A DNA stretch of 64,000 bases from contig CM119271.1 of the NCBI GenBank assembly GCA_051294375.1, positions 10,259,225-10,323,224 on the forward strand. The letters run 5' to 3'. The notes beneath the pieces are model-generated. The model did no database searches and was not told where the DNA came from. It saw nothing but the letters and a program-made list of their open reading frames with translations. This DNA comes from Paraspadella gotoi (taxonomy: Eukaryota > Animalia > Chaetognatha). Both the position numbers and the translations under genes were made by a program. How positions within the stretch are numbered: position 1 is the first letter of the stretch; each line of letters starts with the position of its first letter. Below, one piece after another: positions 38,726-51,180 of the stretch.

Positions 38726-40710
38726 NNNNNNNNNNNNNNNNNNNNNNNNNATTAGTTTTGATTAAATTTTTTTTATTAATACCAAAAACAGTATTGATTA
38801 AATGAAAATTACAAAATTGAGAATTTATTTTTAAGTAGTATTTGAAAGTTTGCAGGGTTCTGCTATGTCACTATCTCGTAAGAGCCTTAGCCCATCCATG
38901 TCTATCCAAAATCAAGGGGCGAGATAGCAAGTTTATTGGATGCATAGTCAACTTTTATATTGCTGGCACGCAAAACCTGAAAGACAATTCCCCCAAAAAA
39001 TTCCGAAGATTTTGTTTGCAGATGCAAAAAAATTTAAATCGCCTAAAATTTGGATACAAAAAACGTTTTCTTCTTTCCCGCGGAGAGATTTATGTTTCTC
39101 TCTTCTCGTTGGAGCCAAAAACAGATTTTCTCACAATAAAAATCTTACAAAGTATTATAGAAGATGTATGATATTATAAAAGTTGTATGATATTGTATGC
39201 TATTACATTAGATTATATCATATTAGTGTGTTATTTCTATTTCTTTTTCGTTGGTTTTAAATTGTAGACAGTGTGATAGTTTGAAACTAAGATCGAAACC
39301 TATTTTTATCAAAAATTTTGTTGTGAAAAAAACTTTTCCTATCTCAAATTATACTATATATATTATATTATATAACAAAATATGTATAATATTTCAACCA
39401 GAATGTTCGATGTCCATTTCCTCTTATCCTTACTTCTTCCTTGTTCAGTTGGGAATACCTTACCCACTTTATTCCAATCCAACTTAAATAGAATAACCAA
39501 ATCTTATTACACGAACTCCGTCCAAATCTTTCCCGAAATCAGTCCGTCCGTATCTTTGATCTCTGACAAAAAACAGGGACGACGACCGACGACACACACA
39601 AAACAACTGCGACGAACACTACAACCAACGACACGACCGACACACCACAACACGACCGACGACGATGACCCCGACATTCACCATATCGATTCGACACTGC
39701 GAGGGCCACGTAAAGATTGGGGCATAGTGATATGAAGGGTGGTTTAGAACGAGGACATCATCCCTGGGGCAGAATCAGGGTGGAGAATGGAGAGGGAAAA
39801 GAAAAGAGCGAAGGGAGACGGAGAAAATTCCCCATTCGCCTCGAAGTCACCTTCTTGTACGCGTGCCGACCCTCAGACAACCCCCCTCGCGTTCCCGAAC
39901 GGATAATTTTTTTTCTTCGCAAAGGACGACGGANNNNNNNNNNNNNNNNNNNNNNNNNTTCATCATTTTCGTAATCGTTGGCGTTTTTGTCGTCGCCTTT
40001 GTCGTTTTTTTCGTCGAAGCTTTTGTCCTCGTCGTCATCGCCGCTGTCATCTTTGTCCTCCTTGTCGTCATTGCATTGTTGTCGTGGCCGTTGTCGTCAT
40101 CGTTGTCTTCATCGTTGTCGCCGCTGTCATCTTTGTCTTCCTTGTCGACGTATATTCCGATGTCATCGTCATTGTCACTATCATTGACTTTGTCGTCGTC
40201 GTCATTATGATCGTCGTCGTCGTCGTCGTCCTAATTTCCATCATCGTCATCGTTACATCGTCTTTATCCTTTTTATTTCGCCCCAAGCTGCGCGCGCCGT
40301 TTGCAAATGAGCGATAAGGATCGGTCGGTCGGTCCGCGTCAGGTAGGGCGTGACGTTGACCGAGGACATCGAGACGAGCGACGGTCACCAACTGGCGGGC
40401 GTCACCATCGCCCGGGGTGACGCTTGTGACGGGTGACGCTGTCGCGTCGTGGGATAAGGAAGAGACTTTTGTTTTTTTGTTTTTTGTTTTTTGTTTCGTT
40501 CGGTTTGACGACGACGTCGCTTTCTTCTCGAATGTTCCCCGATTCCGCTTTTATGGCCAAAAACATTATACCAGTCGACGCTTTGTTAAAGATTTTAATG
40601 ACGGAAGCGTCGGCATAATAAACTCGAAATTATCGTAATTTAAAAACTTCGCTTCGTAATTAAGCTTTGCGTGACTTCGTATGTACGTTCATTTTTTTAC
40701 ACAATGTAAA

Positions 40711-40755
40711 ATGCGCTGATGAAGGCTTGCACTAAAGCCGAAACATGTCTAACAC
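40711..40755 (+). ncRNA. Minimal type I hammerhead ribozyme core, Penelope-like-element style (stem I degenerate)
   Basis: CTGATGA-A-GGCTT-gcacta-AAGCC-GAAA-CATG-TC: conserved core, 5 bp stem II, palindromic ACATGT stem III, GUC cleavage triplet. Confidence 0.65.
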
Positions 40756-41477
40756 AAAAATCGTTGTTTTTAACAAAAATTAAAAAAACTTTGTTTTCTC
40801 TAACTTCAAACCGCAACGAAAAGAAAGGATTAAATCATGAGATTTATTCATACATATTTTAGTTATTTTAGTATTTTTATATTTTAGCATTTTTTTTTAT
40901 TTCAGTATTTTAGTATTTTTATATTTTAGTATTTTAGTTATTATCAGAATAACTTGTCAGACGTAACGACGGTCGGCCTTACTTTTCTTTGTTAATTTTT
41001 TTTCAATTTGACCAACATTACTTTAAAAAGCTAAGCATTACGCCCTTCCCCCCACCCCCCTCATGGCGGAAGTCGTTTTTCCTTTCTTTTCAGTCGCGGA
41101 TCAACGCGCGTACGATGGCAACGGATGGCATTTATGGCACAAACGCCTCGAGACATGGCACTTATGTCTCCGACGCCTCAGGCGTTGCCATAAGACAAAG
41201 ACCGTCATATTTGTCATGCTCAAGCCGATACCATCAAGAATGCCACGGGCCAATGACATTCCTTACCCCAGATATCATCGGCAGAAAGGAGTCCACGATA
41301 TCGATGAACGTTCGACCCCGGCGTTGCCATCAACGGATGCCCATGGGCGATGAGATTGCCATCTGCGATGCCAGAGGCCGATGGCATCAAGGGTGGCGAC
41401 ATGGGAGACGTTAGCGGGCGGCGAAGAACCGCGGGGAGAAAATAACAAAAGATGAAGCCGGGGCCCGAGCGAAATTG

Positions 41478-41543
<66 letters not shown>

Positions 41544-42616
41544 GGAAGAAAAAGGAAAAGAAGATAAGAGGAGATGAAGCTGGCGGGAAATGGACCGAAC
41601 TGAAGATGGAGGAAGAGAGAGGAAAGGAAAGGAAAGTAAAGGAAAGGAAAGAGAAAGAAAGGAAAGGAAAGGAAAGGAAAGGAAAGAGAAGGAAAGGAGG
41701 GGAAAAGAAAGAAAATAAAAAGAAAGGAAAACAAAAAGGAAGGAAAGGACAGGAAAAGAAAAATAAAGAAGATATGAAGGAAAGAATTAAGCGAAAAAAA
41801 CAAAAAAGTCATAATAAACAAATTGCGCGGATACAGAATCAAAGGAGAAAACAATAAAAAGAAAATAACGAAAGATTGATAAAGAAAAAAAAAGGAAAAA
41901 AAANNNNNNNNNNNNNNNNNNNNNNNNNNNNNNNNNNNNNNNNNNNNNNNNNNNNNNNNNNNNNNNNNNNNNNNNNNNNNNNNNNNNNNNNNNNNNNNNN
42001 NNNNNNNNNNNNNNNNNNNNNNNNNNNNNNNNNNNNNNNNNNNNNNNNNNNNNNNNNNNNNNNNNNNNNNNNNNNNNNNNNNNNNNNNNNNNNNNNNNNN
42101 NNNNNNNNNNNNNNNNNNNNNNNNNNNNNNNNNNNNNNNNNNNNNNNNNNNNNNNNNNNNNNNNNNNNNNNNNNNNNNNNNNNNNNNNNNNNNNNNNNNN
42201 NNNNNNNNNNNNNNNNNNNNNNNNNNNNNNNNNNNNNNNNNNNNNNNNNNNNNNNNNNNNNNNNNNNNNNNNNNNNNNNNNNNNNNNNNNNNNNNNNNNN
42301 NNNNNNNNNNNNNNNNNNNNNNNNNNNNNNNNNNNNNNNNNNNNNNNNNNNNNNNNNNNNNNNNNNNNNNNNNNNNNNNNNNNNNNNNNNNNNNNNNNNN
42401 NNNNNNNNNNNNNGAAAAGGAAATAAAGGAAAGGAAAGAAGTTAAGAAAAAAAGGAAAGAAGGAAAGGAAAGAAAGAAAAGGAAGGGAAGAAGGAATGAA
42501 GGAAAGCAGACGATGAAATAAAGAAAAACATAAAGACTCAACAAGGAAACGAAATCGTGCGGACGAAGATAAGAGGAAAATAAAAAAAATAAAGAAAGAA
42601 GCCGAAGATTCCGTTT

Positions 42617-43258
42617 CGACGTAACGAGATCGCCCCTGCAATTTATGGCGAGATGATGTTACCTTCCTGTTCTCTGCCAATTTTCAACTCGATCGCTCGT
42701 TAAATTATATATAAAAGACGAGCGGATATATAGAGATCTGAAAGGTTGATTCGTCGTCGTTGTTGTTGTTGTTTTGTTGTTGTTGTTAGAAGCGGGAGGA
42801 AGAAAGAAAAGTCGAGGAAATTAATGTCTACAGTTGAGGAAAAAGTTGGAAAGAAAAATTAGGTTCGCATTAAAGGAAAGAAAAACTCAAAAACCGCGGA
42901 AAGAGAGAGAAAGAGAGAAATAGANNNNNNNNNNNNNNNNNNNNNNNNNNNNNNNNNNNNNNNNNNNNNNNNNNNNNNNNNNNNNNNNNNNNNNNNNNNN
43001 NNNNNNNNNNNNNNNNNNNNNNNNNNNNNNNNNNNNNNNNNNNNNNNNNNNNNNNNNNNNNNNNNNNNNNNAAGGATATTAAGAGAAAGGAAGAGATGAA
43101 TAGTCGAAGCAGAAAATAAAAACTCGGTTTCTACTGAGCACTGCGTCGACTTTGCCTCGTTTATTTTTTTTCTCCTTTCCCCCTTTCTTCTTTCTAATTT
43201 CTCTTTTTCTCTCTTTCTTTCATTAACTGTTGTTCCATTACCTTTCCTTTCTCTCTTT

Positions 43259-43338
<80 letters not shown>

Positions 43339-43650
43339 GTCGAAAAGGTCAAAACCATTAAATCTGTTGCCGAGTTTCCGCGCTTACAAAGGGACTGTCC
43401 CCAGCGATCGTGGGTCCGGTTTCCTCGCCGCACGAGATGGATTACTTTTTTTCCGGTACAATACGATCCGCCGAAAACAACCGAGTCCGCTGTACTTTCC
43501 ACTTCATTCCCGGTTCTTCTTCTCTCTCTCCTCTCTCTATCTCTCCTCTCATCTCCTCTCTCTCTCCTCTTCCTCTCGTTTCTCGTTCTTCCTTCCTTCT
43601 CTCCTCTCCTATCTCTTCCCTTCTCTCTCCATTCTCTCTCTCTCCTCTAA

Positions 43651-43715
<65 letters not shown>

Positions 43716-43751
43716 CCTCTCCCTCTCTCTCATCTCTCTCTCTCACTCTCT

Positions 43752-43783
<32 letters not shown>

Positions 43784-44525
43784 GTTTTTTCGACTTTTCT
43801 CCCAAATTCACAGACTCAAAAGAATCGTCGTTTCAAAAACTCGTCTGAGGAAAAGGAAATCACAGACTTCGTCGCCTCACAGAATAAAAGCTTATATAGC
43901 TAACGGACTTCCAGTCTCACAGATTCACAGTTCGCCAGACTTAGAGATTTCCAGTATTATAGATTTCCAGTATCACAGTCTGCAGACTCACAACTCACAG
44001 ACGCCAGAAAGCTCCTCATACTAGTCTCAGAGAGTTGTTTCTCACGGAGCTACAATTTTACAGACGGACAGACTCAAAACTCCAGAGACTCTCAGAAAGT
44101 CTTGACAACTCACTGACTGACAGAGATCTACGGGGCTTAGCGCCTCACTCACTTCGCTTTCACGCCAGTCTCACAACGCTTCGCAAAAACGACTCTTTCA
44201 ACACCTCAACGAATCAACTTTTCCCGCCAAAGTCATTCATAACCGAAAATGTCGCCTCATTAAAAACTGGGAAAACAAAAAAAAAAGCGATTTTTTTTTC
44301 GGGCCGAGCGGAAACGGGGCGAACACCTGCGTCCACGCCCACCGAGTCCCGAAAAGAGAGAAACGACGACGAGCGCCTGGCGCCCGGGAGCCGAGTATGC
44401 CAAATTGGATTTTTTTTTCGGGGGGGCGGGGGTTGGGGTTTGGGAGGGGAAAGGGGTTGTCGAAGGTGGAGTTATGGGAGAGAGAGCAGAGCGCGGGATG
44501 ATAAGTCGCTTTTTGCTGGCTTTCT

Positions 44526-44595
<70 letters not shown>

Positions 44596-45249
44596 CTCGC
44601 TCATCGATCCTCTCCTTACTCAACCGTTCTCTTCTGACGTCACCGTCTCCTCGAAACAAGGAGCGGAAGCGGGGAGGAGGAAGGGAGGAAGGAAAGGGAG
44701 GAAAGGGAGGAAGGGAAAGGGAGAAGGAAAGAGGGAAGAGAAAGGAAAGGGATGGAAGAGAAAGGGAAGGAAGGAGGGGGCAAAGTGGAGTGAAGAGAGT
44801 AAAGGAAAATGAGAAGGAAGGGAGGGAAGGAGGGAGGAAGGGAGGAAGGAAGGCAGGAAGGGGAGAAAGAGAGAGAGGAAGGGAAGAAGCGAAGGAAGGA
44901 AGGAAAGGGAAGGAAGGTTTGAGGAAAAAAGGATAAGGAAACGGAGGAAGGGAGAAGAAAAGGAGGAAGGGAGGAAGGAAAGGAGGAAGGGAAGAAAGGA
45001 AAGAGAAAGAGAAGAAGAAAAGGAAAAGGTAATGGACAACAGTTAAAATGAAAGAAAGAGGTGAAAAAGAGAAATTAGAAAAGAAAGAAAGGGGGAAGGA
45101 AAAAAAAATAAACCGAGGCAAAGTCGACGCAGTGCTCAGTAGAAAACCGAGTTTTTTATTTTCTGCTTCGACTATTCATCTCTTCCTTTCTCTTAATATC
45201 TTTTCTCTCTCTCTCGCCCCCACCGTCTCTCTCTCTCTTCTCTCTCTCT

Positions 45250-45301
<52 letters not shown>

Positions 45302-45639
45302 CATTTTTTCCTTTTTAAAGAATTTCATCTATTTCTCTTCTTCTCTCCTCTTTCCGCGGTTTTGAGTTTTTCTTTCCTTTAATGGCGAACCTAATTTTTT
45401 CTTTCCAACTATTTCCTCACTGTAGACATTAATTTCCTCGTTTTTTCTTTCTTCCTCGCATCTAACAACAACAACAAAACAACAACAACAACGACGACGA
45501 ATCAAAACCTTTCAGATCTCTATATATCCGCTCGTCTTTTATATATAGATTAACGAGCGATCGAGTTGAAAATTGGCAGAGAACAGGAAGGTAAGCATCA
45601 TCTCGCCATAAATTGCAGGGGGCGATCTCGTTAACGTCG
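42617..45639. repeat. Long inverted repeat, arms ~42617-43260 and ~45005-45639, ~1.75 kb spacer
   Basis: For example CTACTGAGCACTGCGTCGACTTTGCCTCG (43131) vs CGAGGCAAGTCGACGCAGTGCTCAGTAG (45114), and GAGATCGCCCCTGCAATTTATGGCGAG vs CTCGCCATAAATTGCAGGGGGCGATCTC. Confidence 0.9.
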
Positions 45640-46149
45640 NNNNNNNNNNNNNNNNNNNNNNNNNGAGAGAGAGAGAGAGAGAGAGAGAGATACCCATAAA
45701 CAAACGCCCATTCTCGATCAGCGTGGGACTGCCCTCGCCTGAATGGAGAAAGCTTTCTGCGGCCAAAATCTTTTTGACCGATGACCAGAAACAGAAATTT
45801 TTGCTTTTTCTCTCCCGATCGGTTGTGAAGTCCCGTTTAGTCTTTGAAATAAGAAATATGCTACGAAAACAGAAAGACATTTTTTGAAAAAATAGTAAAG
45901 TTTAAAACTTTTGGGTTTTATTTTACAAAACAATTAAAGATCCAATAAATGATAATAATAATATTGCTCACTAATGATTAGTAATAAAAGCCTGTTTTAA
46001 AACAATAATTTCAAAATATTAACTTGGAGTTGATTGAGCGCTTTAGATATTATCATAATCACATTAAAAAGGAATTGTAAATATGCTACATCTTGATTAA
46101 AAATATTACTTAAGGGTCTTTTCATACAATTGAAACATTCTTTGAAACA

Positions 46150-46372
46150 TTACATATACCACTTCATTGATAGGGAAGCCAGGTACTCTGGGAGTGAATA
46201 AACGAGACTGTGAGAGAGTCTTGATTGAAAGCTTGCAGGGACCTGCTATGTCATTATCTTGTAAGAGTGATGGAGGCCTTAAACCACCAAAGCCTGTCCA
46301 ATGTCAAGGGCAAGATAGCTTATTTAATAAATGAATGGATAATTTATATATTGGTTTTTACCAATTTCATAG
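46150..46372 (+). repeat. Dispersed repeat family (also ~59698-59897, ~38840-38960, ~17145-17250, fragments ~57900-58070)
   Basis: Shared TTCATTGATAGG.AAGCCAG...TGAAAG.TTGCAGGG..CTGCTATGTCA.TATCT..TAAGAG...TCCAA..TCAAGGG...GATAGC. Confidence 0.8.
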
Positions 46373-48989
46373 CCAAGCATAGTCCGTCTTCTGTATTAGG
46401 CGTCAAAGAAGCAATTCTCCCACACCCCCTCTCACAGCATCTCTTTCTTCAACCGCAGCGTCAGCACAGTATTCCCCAGCGCAGCAGCTCTTTTTCCTCA
46501 CCTCCCATCAACACTGCAGCACCACTTTCCCCAGCCTCAGCAATGACTAAGGGACGTCCCGTGACGCGAGACTCTGACCATAACAAAGGGCGCGGCCGAA
46601 TCCCGGTCTGAGCGGGGAAACAGAAATCCCAAAACAATTTTCTTTCTTTCTTTCTTTCTTTCTTTCTTTTTCTCTTGTTTTCTCTCTGTCTCTTTTTCTA
46701 TCTTCTCATATTCCTTTCTTTATTTTTTTTCGTTCTTTGTTTTTCCTTCTACTTGCCGTCTCTTTCTTCTTATCTTCCCTTATTTCTTACCTCTTTCTCT
46801 CTTTATTTCTTCTTTTCTCCCTCATTTTTTTCTCTCTCTCTTTCTTTTTATCTATTCTTTCTTTCTTTCTATCTTCCTTTCTCTCTTTCTTTCTTCTTTT
46901 CTTTTCTCTCCCTCATTTTTTTTCTCTCTCTTTCTATCTATTCTTTCTGTCTTTCTATCTTCCTATCTTTTTTTCTTTATTTCTCATCTTCTCTTCCCCC
47001 CCTTTTTTTTCCCGATATATTCTTCGCGATGTTTGTAATATATATGCGAACATATCGAACCAACTAGAAACGTTTTTTCCCTAAATCGATCGTTCAAGTT
47101 TATCCTTTGTATGTTTTTCTTTGCTTATCTCCTCGTTGAACAAACTTACCGTCCACCGTGTATACAAACTGACAACGATTGTTTGCGCCGGATCGACCGA
47201 CAGAACCGAGAGAGAGAAAAAAAAAAGATCGACTAATAAAGTTGTACGAGATTACGAACGTTCGCGCGTAATCACCCTGTAAATCACGCTGTAAATCACG
47301 CTGTAATCTTGAATCATTTTTGTGATATATATTTCCTTATTTGAATCACTCTAGTTGGTAGATCTTGATTTATCATTTCTTTATCATTAATTCTTCTAAT
47401 TAATATTTCTCATCATTTTTAATTTGTTTCACCGAAGTTTACGACTTAATTTATCCGTATAATAATTATTCATCACAACTTCATCATCATCGTCGATCAT
47501 CACTTCCCTGTCATCATCACTCCTGTTCGATACTTGTTTATCACTTCTTTATCACTTCTTTATCACTTCTTGTTCCGACTTCGAAACGTTTTTTTTTCTT
47601 TTTCGTCCNNNNNNNNNNNNNNNNNNNNNNNNNCACGCGAAATGAAGGAGAACGCAGAAAAAAATGAAAAAAAAACTTATTGTTTCTGGCCCAAACTTAG
47701 TTCGTTTGCACCTGACGATGCCCATGAGGCCCGGAGAAGTAGGAGAGAAGAACGAGAGAGAGAGAAGCAGAGGAGGAGAGAGGAGAGAGAGAGAAAGGAG
47801 AGAGGAGAGAGAAGACGAAAGAGAGAGAGATGAGAGAGAGAGAGAGGATGAGAAAGGATAGATAGAGAGAGAGAGAGAGGATCAGGACAACGGAGAACAA
47901 GCAAAGGCGGTTTTAAGAAGCGTAGTCGAAACATTAGCCGATGAGTGGGTATGGACTCAATCACCCTCGATCGACGACAACTACAAAGACGGGACGAACG
48001 AATCGACGACCGGCTCACGACGACGACGAACGGGTTTTTTTTCTCCACCGCGCAAAAAAAGACGATGACGAATGACACGCAGACGCGTCGGAAGACGACG
48101 ACGACGACGTAAAAACCGGGGGGAAATAAAAAAACAAAGGCGGGAAGGGCCGAAAGGTGTCGTTGCAGCGGACACCCATCGCGTTTTTTGGAAACGACTA
48201 CTTATTCTTGTGTAACTATTGTTGATGAGGGAAAGGTAAGATAGCGGGAGCGCGGCAAGGGGAGACAGCGGCGGCAGCGGGCGGAGGGGTACGATACGGT
48301 AGCGCGGGAAGCGGCTGAGGCGGAGGGCTGGCAGGAAGGGGCGAGCGGCGCGGAGGCGCGCGAAATCGCGATTGCGAATTTTTCTAGCGCGGAGAATTTT
48401 GTACAGAAATTAAAAACGGCGAGTTAGAAGAGCAGGTACGGGAAGGGGAGGGAAGACAGAGAGATAGGAGCGGAAAGGAGAGTGAGAGAGAGAGAGAGAC
48501 TCTTGGGGTCAGGTGTCGGATCGATTTTACGATCGACGAGAGAGAGAGGAAGAGAGAGAGAAAGAGAGGGACGATGAGAGAGAGAGCAGAGGGGAGAAAG
48601 AGAGGAGAGAGGAGAGAGCATACATGTTTTCCTTCGGCGCCGCTGTTACGACGTCGGAGGGGGAAAAATAAGCCATGGGTGATTCGTGACTATCGCGGCC
48701 ATGTTTTAAGTGTCGTAGAAGTAGGGTATAGCTATCGCAAAAAGTTGATCAAGACGTAATATAATAATTTTCGGAAAGTTTGAAGTTTATTTCTTCCAAA
48801 AACAAATGTTATTGCCTTTTGGAAGAAAATAATGTTTATTCAGGAGAAATGATTTATTATCTAATTGTTATTTAATATTTTCTTTCATAAAATGGTCTTT
48901 TGATTGAGGAAACTTAAATACTGTGGAATTTTTTAAACTACGATAAAATGGTAAAGCGAGTCATTAAAGCTTGTAGATTTCTGGTATTG

Positions 48990-49190
48990 TGATAGAATAG
49001 AATAGAATTAAAATATAATGGAAGTAGAATACAATAGAGATAAAATAGAATGACAATGAATAGAATACAATAGGAATACAATGCAATAGAATATAATCAT
49101 TATAGAATAGAATAGAATTAGAATAGAATAGAATAGATAGTAATAGAATAGAATAGATTATAAAATAGATAAAATAAATACAATAGATAG
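48990..49190. repeat. Degenerate (AATAG)n microsatellite
   Basis: AATAG runs. Confidence 0.85.
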
Positions 49191-49625
49191 AAATCTCTCT
49201 CTTTTTTAAAAAAAAAGGCAATTGCCAGTCGAATAAAAAATCTTTGAAACGCGATTCACATCATATTTCGTCTTAGAAAAAAAAAAAAAAAAAAAAAAAG
49301 AAGCCGAGAATGACTTTTCTCGATTCTCCTCGACGAGTAATTTCGAACAAAATAGCTCGTCGGATTTAGATGCTCATTTTCGAGCGCGTTATGATTAGTT
49401 TTATTACGTCGGAGGGAGACAGAGTCGCGAGAGAGAAATTAAGGGGAGAGAGAGTCGCGAGAGAGAGAGAGAGAGATTAAGGGGACAGGGTAAAGAATTA
49501 AGGGAACGGAAGAAAGAATTAAGGGGATAGAGTGGTTCTCTAAAATGGATCGTTTTTGCCGTCGAATTTTCCATCGTAATGACAGAGGGAGCTAAATGAA
49601 AAGTCTCTCTTTCTCTCTTTCTCTT

Positions 49626-49684
<59 letters not shown>

Positions 49685-50919
49685 TTTTTTTCACTTTCAC
49701 GCGTTCTTGATCAAACTCAATCAAAACATCGCCCGTCGGCTGCCGCTAGTTTTTTTTCCTCCCCTTAAGACCAAGAAGGAAAGAAGTTTAAATCGTTTTC
49801 GTCGCCGAGAGAATCCGGCAAGAGATCCCGGCAAGAGAAACGAGTCCCGGCAAAAAAGGAAAGTCGGCGGGAATGAAATCCGGCAAACGTTCAAGTCGGC
49901 AGAACCGAGCAAAGCTAGCAAAGCAAAGGAAAGTAAGACCGAAGTCGACGGGAATTTGATCCGGAAATAGCGAATTCGGCAGAAACGAGATCCGGCGATA
50001 GTGAAGTCGGCTAAAACGAGTTCCGGCTAAACCAAAGACGGCAATAGCGAAGCCATCGAGATCCGGCTATTGAGAAGGATTTTCAAAGTAGGATTAGATT
50101 CTGGCATCAACGGGTTTGGAAAGGCAGAAGAAAATGACTCACATAATCACATCGATGAAGGAAAAATAGCGCGGTGTTGGATTGAAAGAGGGAAAAAGTT
50201 AAAATGAGAGTGAATGAATGTGAGAATGAATTTGAGAGTGAATGTGAGAATGAATGATTGAAAAGTGAAGGAGTGAAAGAGTTAAAACGACAATAAAAGA
50301 TTGAAATTGACTAAACGGTGAAATAACATTAGAGATAGAAAATATATTATTTATTCGTTACAATATGGTTACAATATCCTTACAGCATTTTCTTCTAAAT
50401 CGTAAAATATAATGAAGTCGAGAAAAGAAGCCAGACGCTGGTCTCGGCGTCCAAGGTCAGTTCTCGATCAGCGCAGANNNNNNNNNNNNNNNNNNNNNNN
50501 NNNNNNNNNNNNNNNNNNNNNNNNNNNNNNNNNNNNNNNNNNNNNNNNNNNNNNNNNNNNNNNNNNNNNNNNNNNNNNNNNNNNNNNNNNNNNNNNNNNN
50601 NNNNNNNNNNNNNNNNNNNNNNNNNNNNNNNNNNNNNNNNNNNNNNNNNNNNNNNNNNNNNNNNNNNNNNNNNNNNNNNNNNNNNNNNNNNNNNNNNNNN
50701 NNNNNNNNNNNNNNNNNNNNNNNNNNNCGATGAATATGAAGCTCAAGATTCCATATTTGGTCAAGGAGAATCGGAGCCGAGAGAGTTTCCATCTTCTCTT
50801 TTCCCGTCCGGAGATAAATAACAACAACAACGACGACAACAACAAGGAAAAAAATGGCGTCGGTGGCAGCGAAGGAGACGCGCGGGAGGAATCGGTGGCT
50901 GTTTTGGCCGAGGAGGCGA

Positions 50920-51025
50920 TGGCATAACGTGGCAATGAGTGGCACGGCGTGGCATAACGTGGCAATGAGTGGCACGGCGTGGCATAACGTGGCAATGAGT
51001 GGCACGGCGAGGCATAACGTGGCAA
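50920..51025. repeat. 30 bp minisatellite GGCATAACGTGGCAATGAGTGGCACGGCGT x~3.5
   Basis: Directly visible near-perfect tandem units. Confidence 0.95.
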
Positions 51026-51113
51026 GGTCCGATGAGAAACGGGGCACGAAGTCAGTATCGCCGCTGTTGATCTGGATATTTGAGCTGGGATGATTTGGCG
51101 AACTGAAAGGATC

Positions 51114-51180
51114 GGCCATAGGGGAATCAACAACGCTACAAAATCTCGAGGGTTTGGCGGCATTAGGGTGGAATTAACGA
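51114..51180 (-). CDS. Candidate Cav3 pre-S1 N-terminal exon
   Basis: CCCTAG acceptor; VNSTLMPPNPRDFVALLIPLWP ends in phase-2 CC, which joins G TGG to give P-W-F-E-R. Followed by GATCCTTT, one base from the U12 donor GTATCCTTT. Confidence 0.35.

Larger units (their letters stand above)
17270..38986. repeat. Tandem segmental duplication, copy B (with extra blocks 23560-26725 and 32686-38750)
   Basis: Same exons, minisatellites and unique intronic sequence in the same order as copy A. Confidence 0.88.

Noticed and set aside
43072-43079. ATATCCTT (minus) as the U12 donor
   Set aside because: Inside the inverted repeat at a gap edge; the other arm reads ATATCTTT; no coding context.
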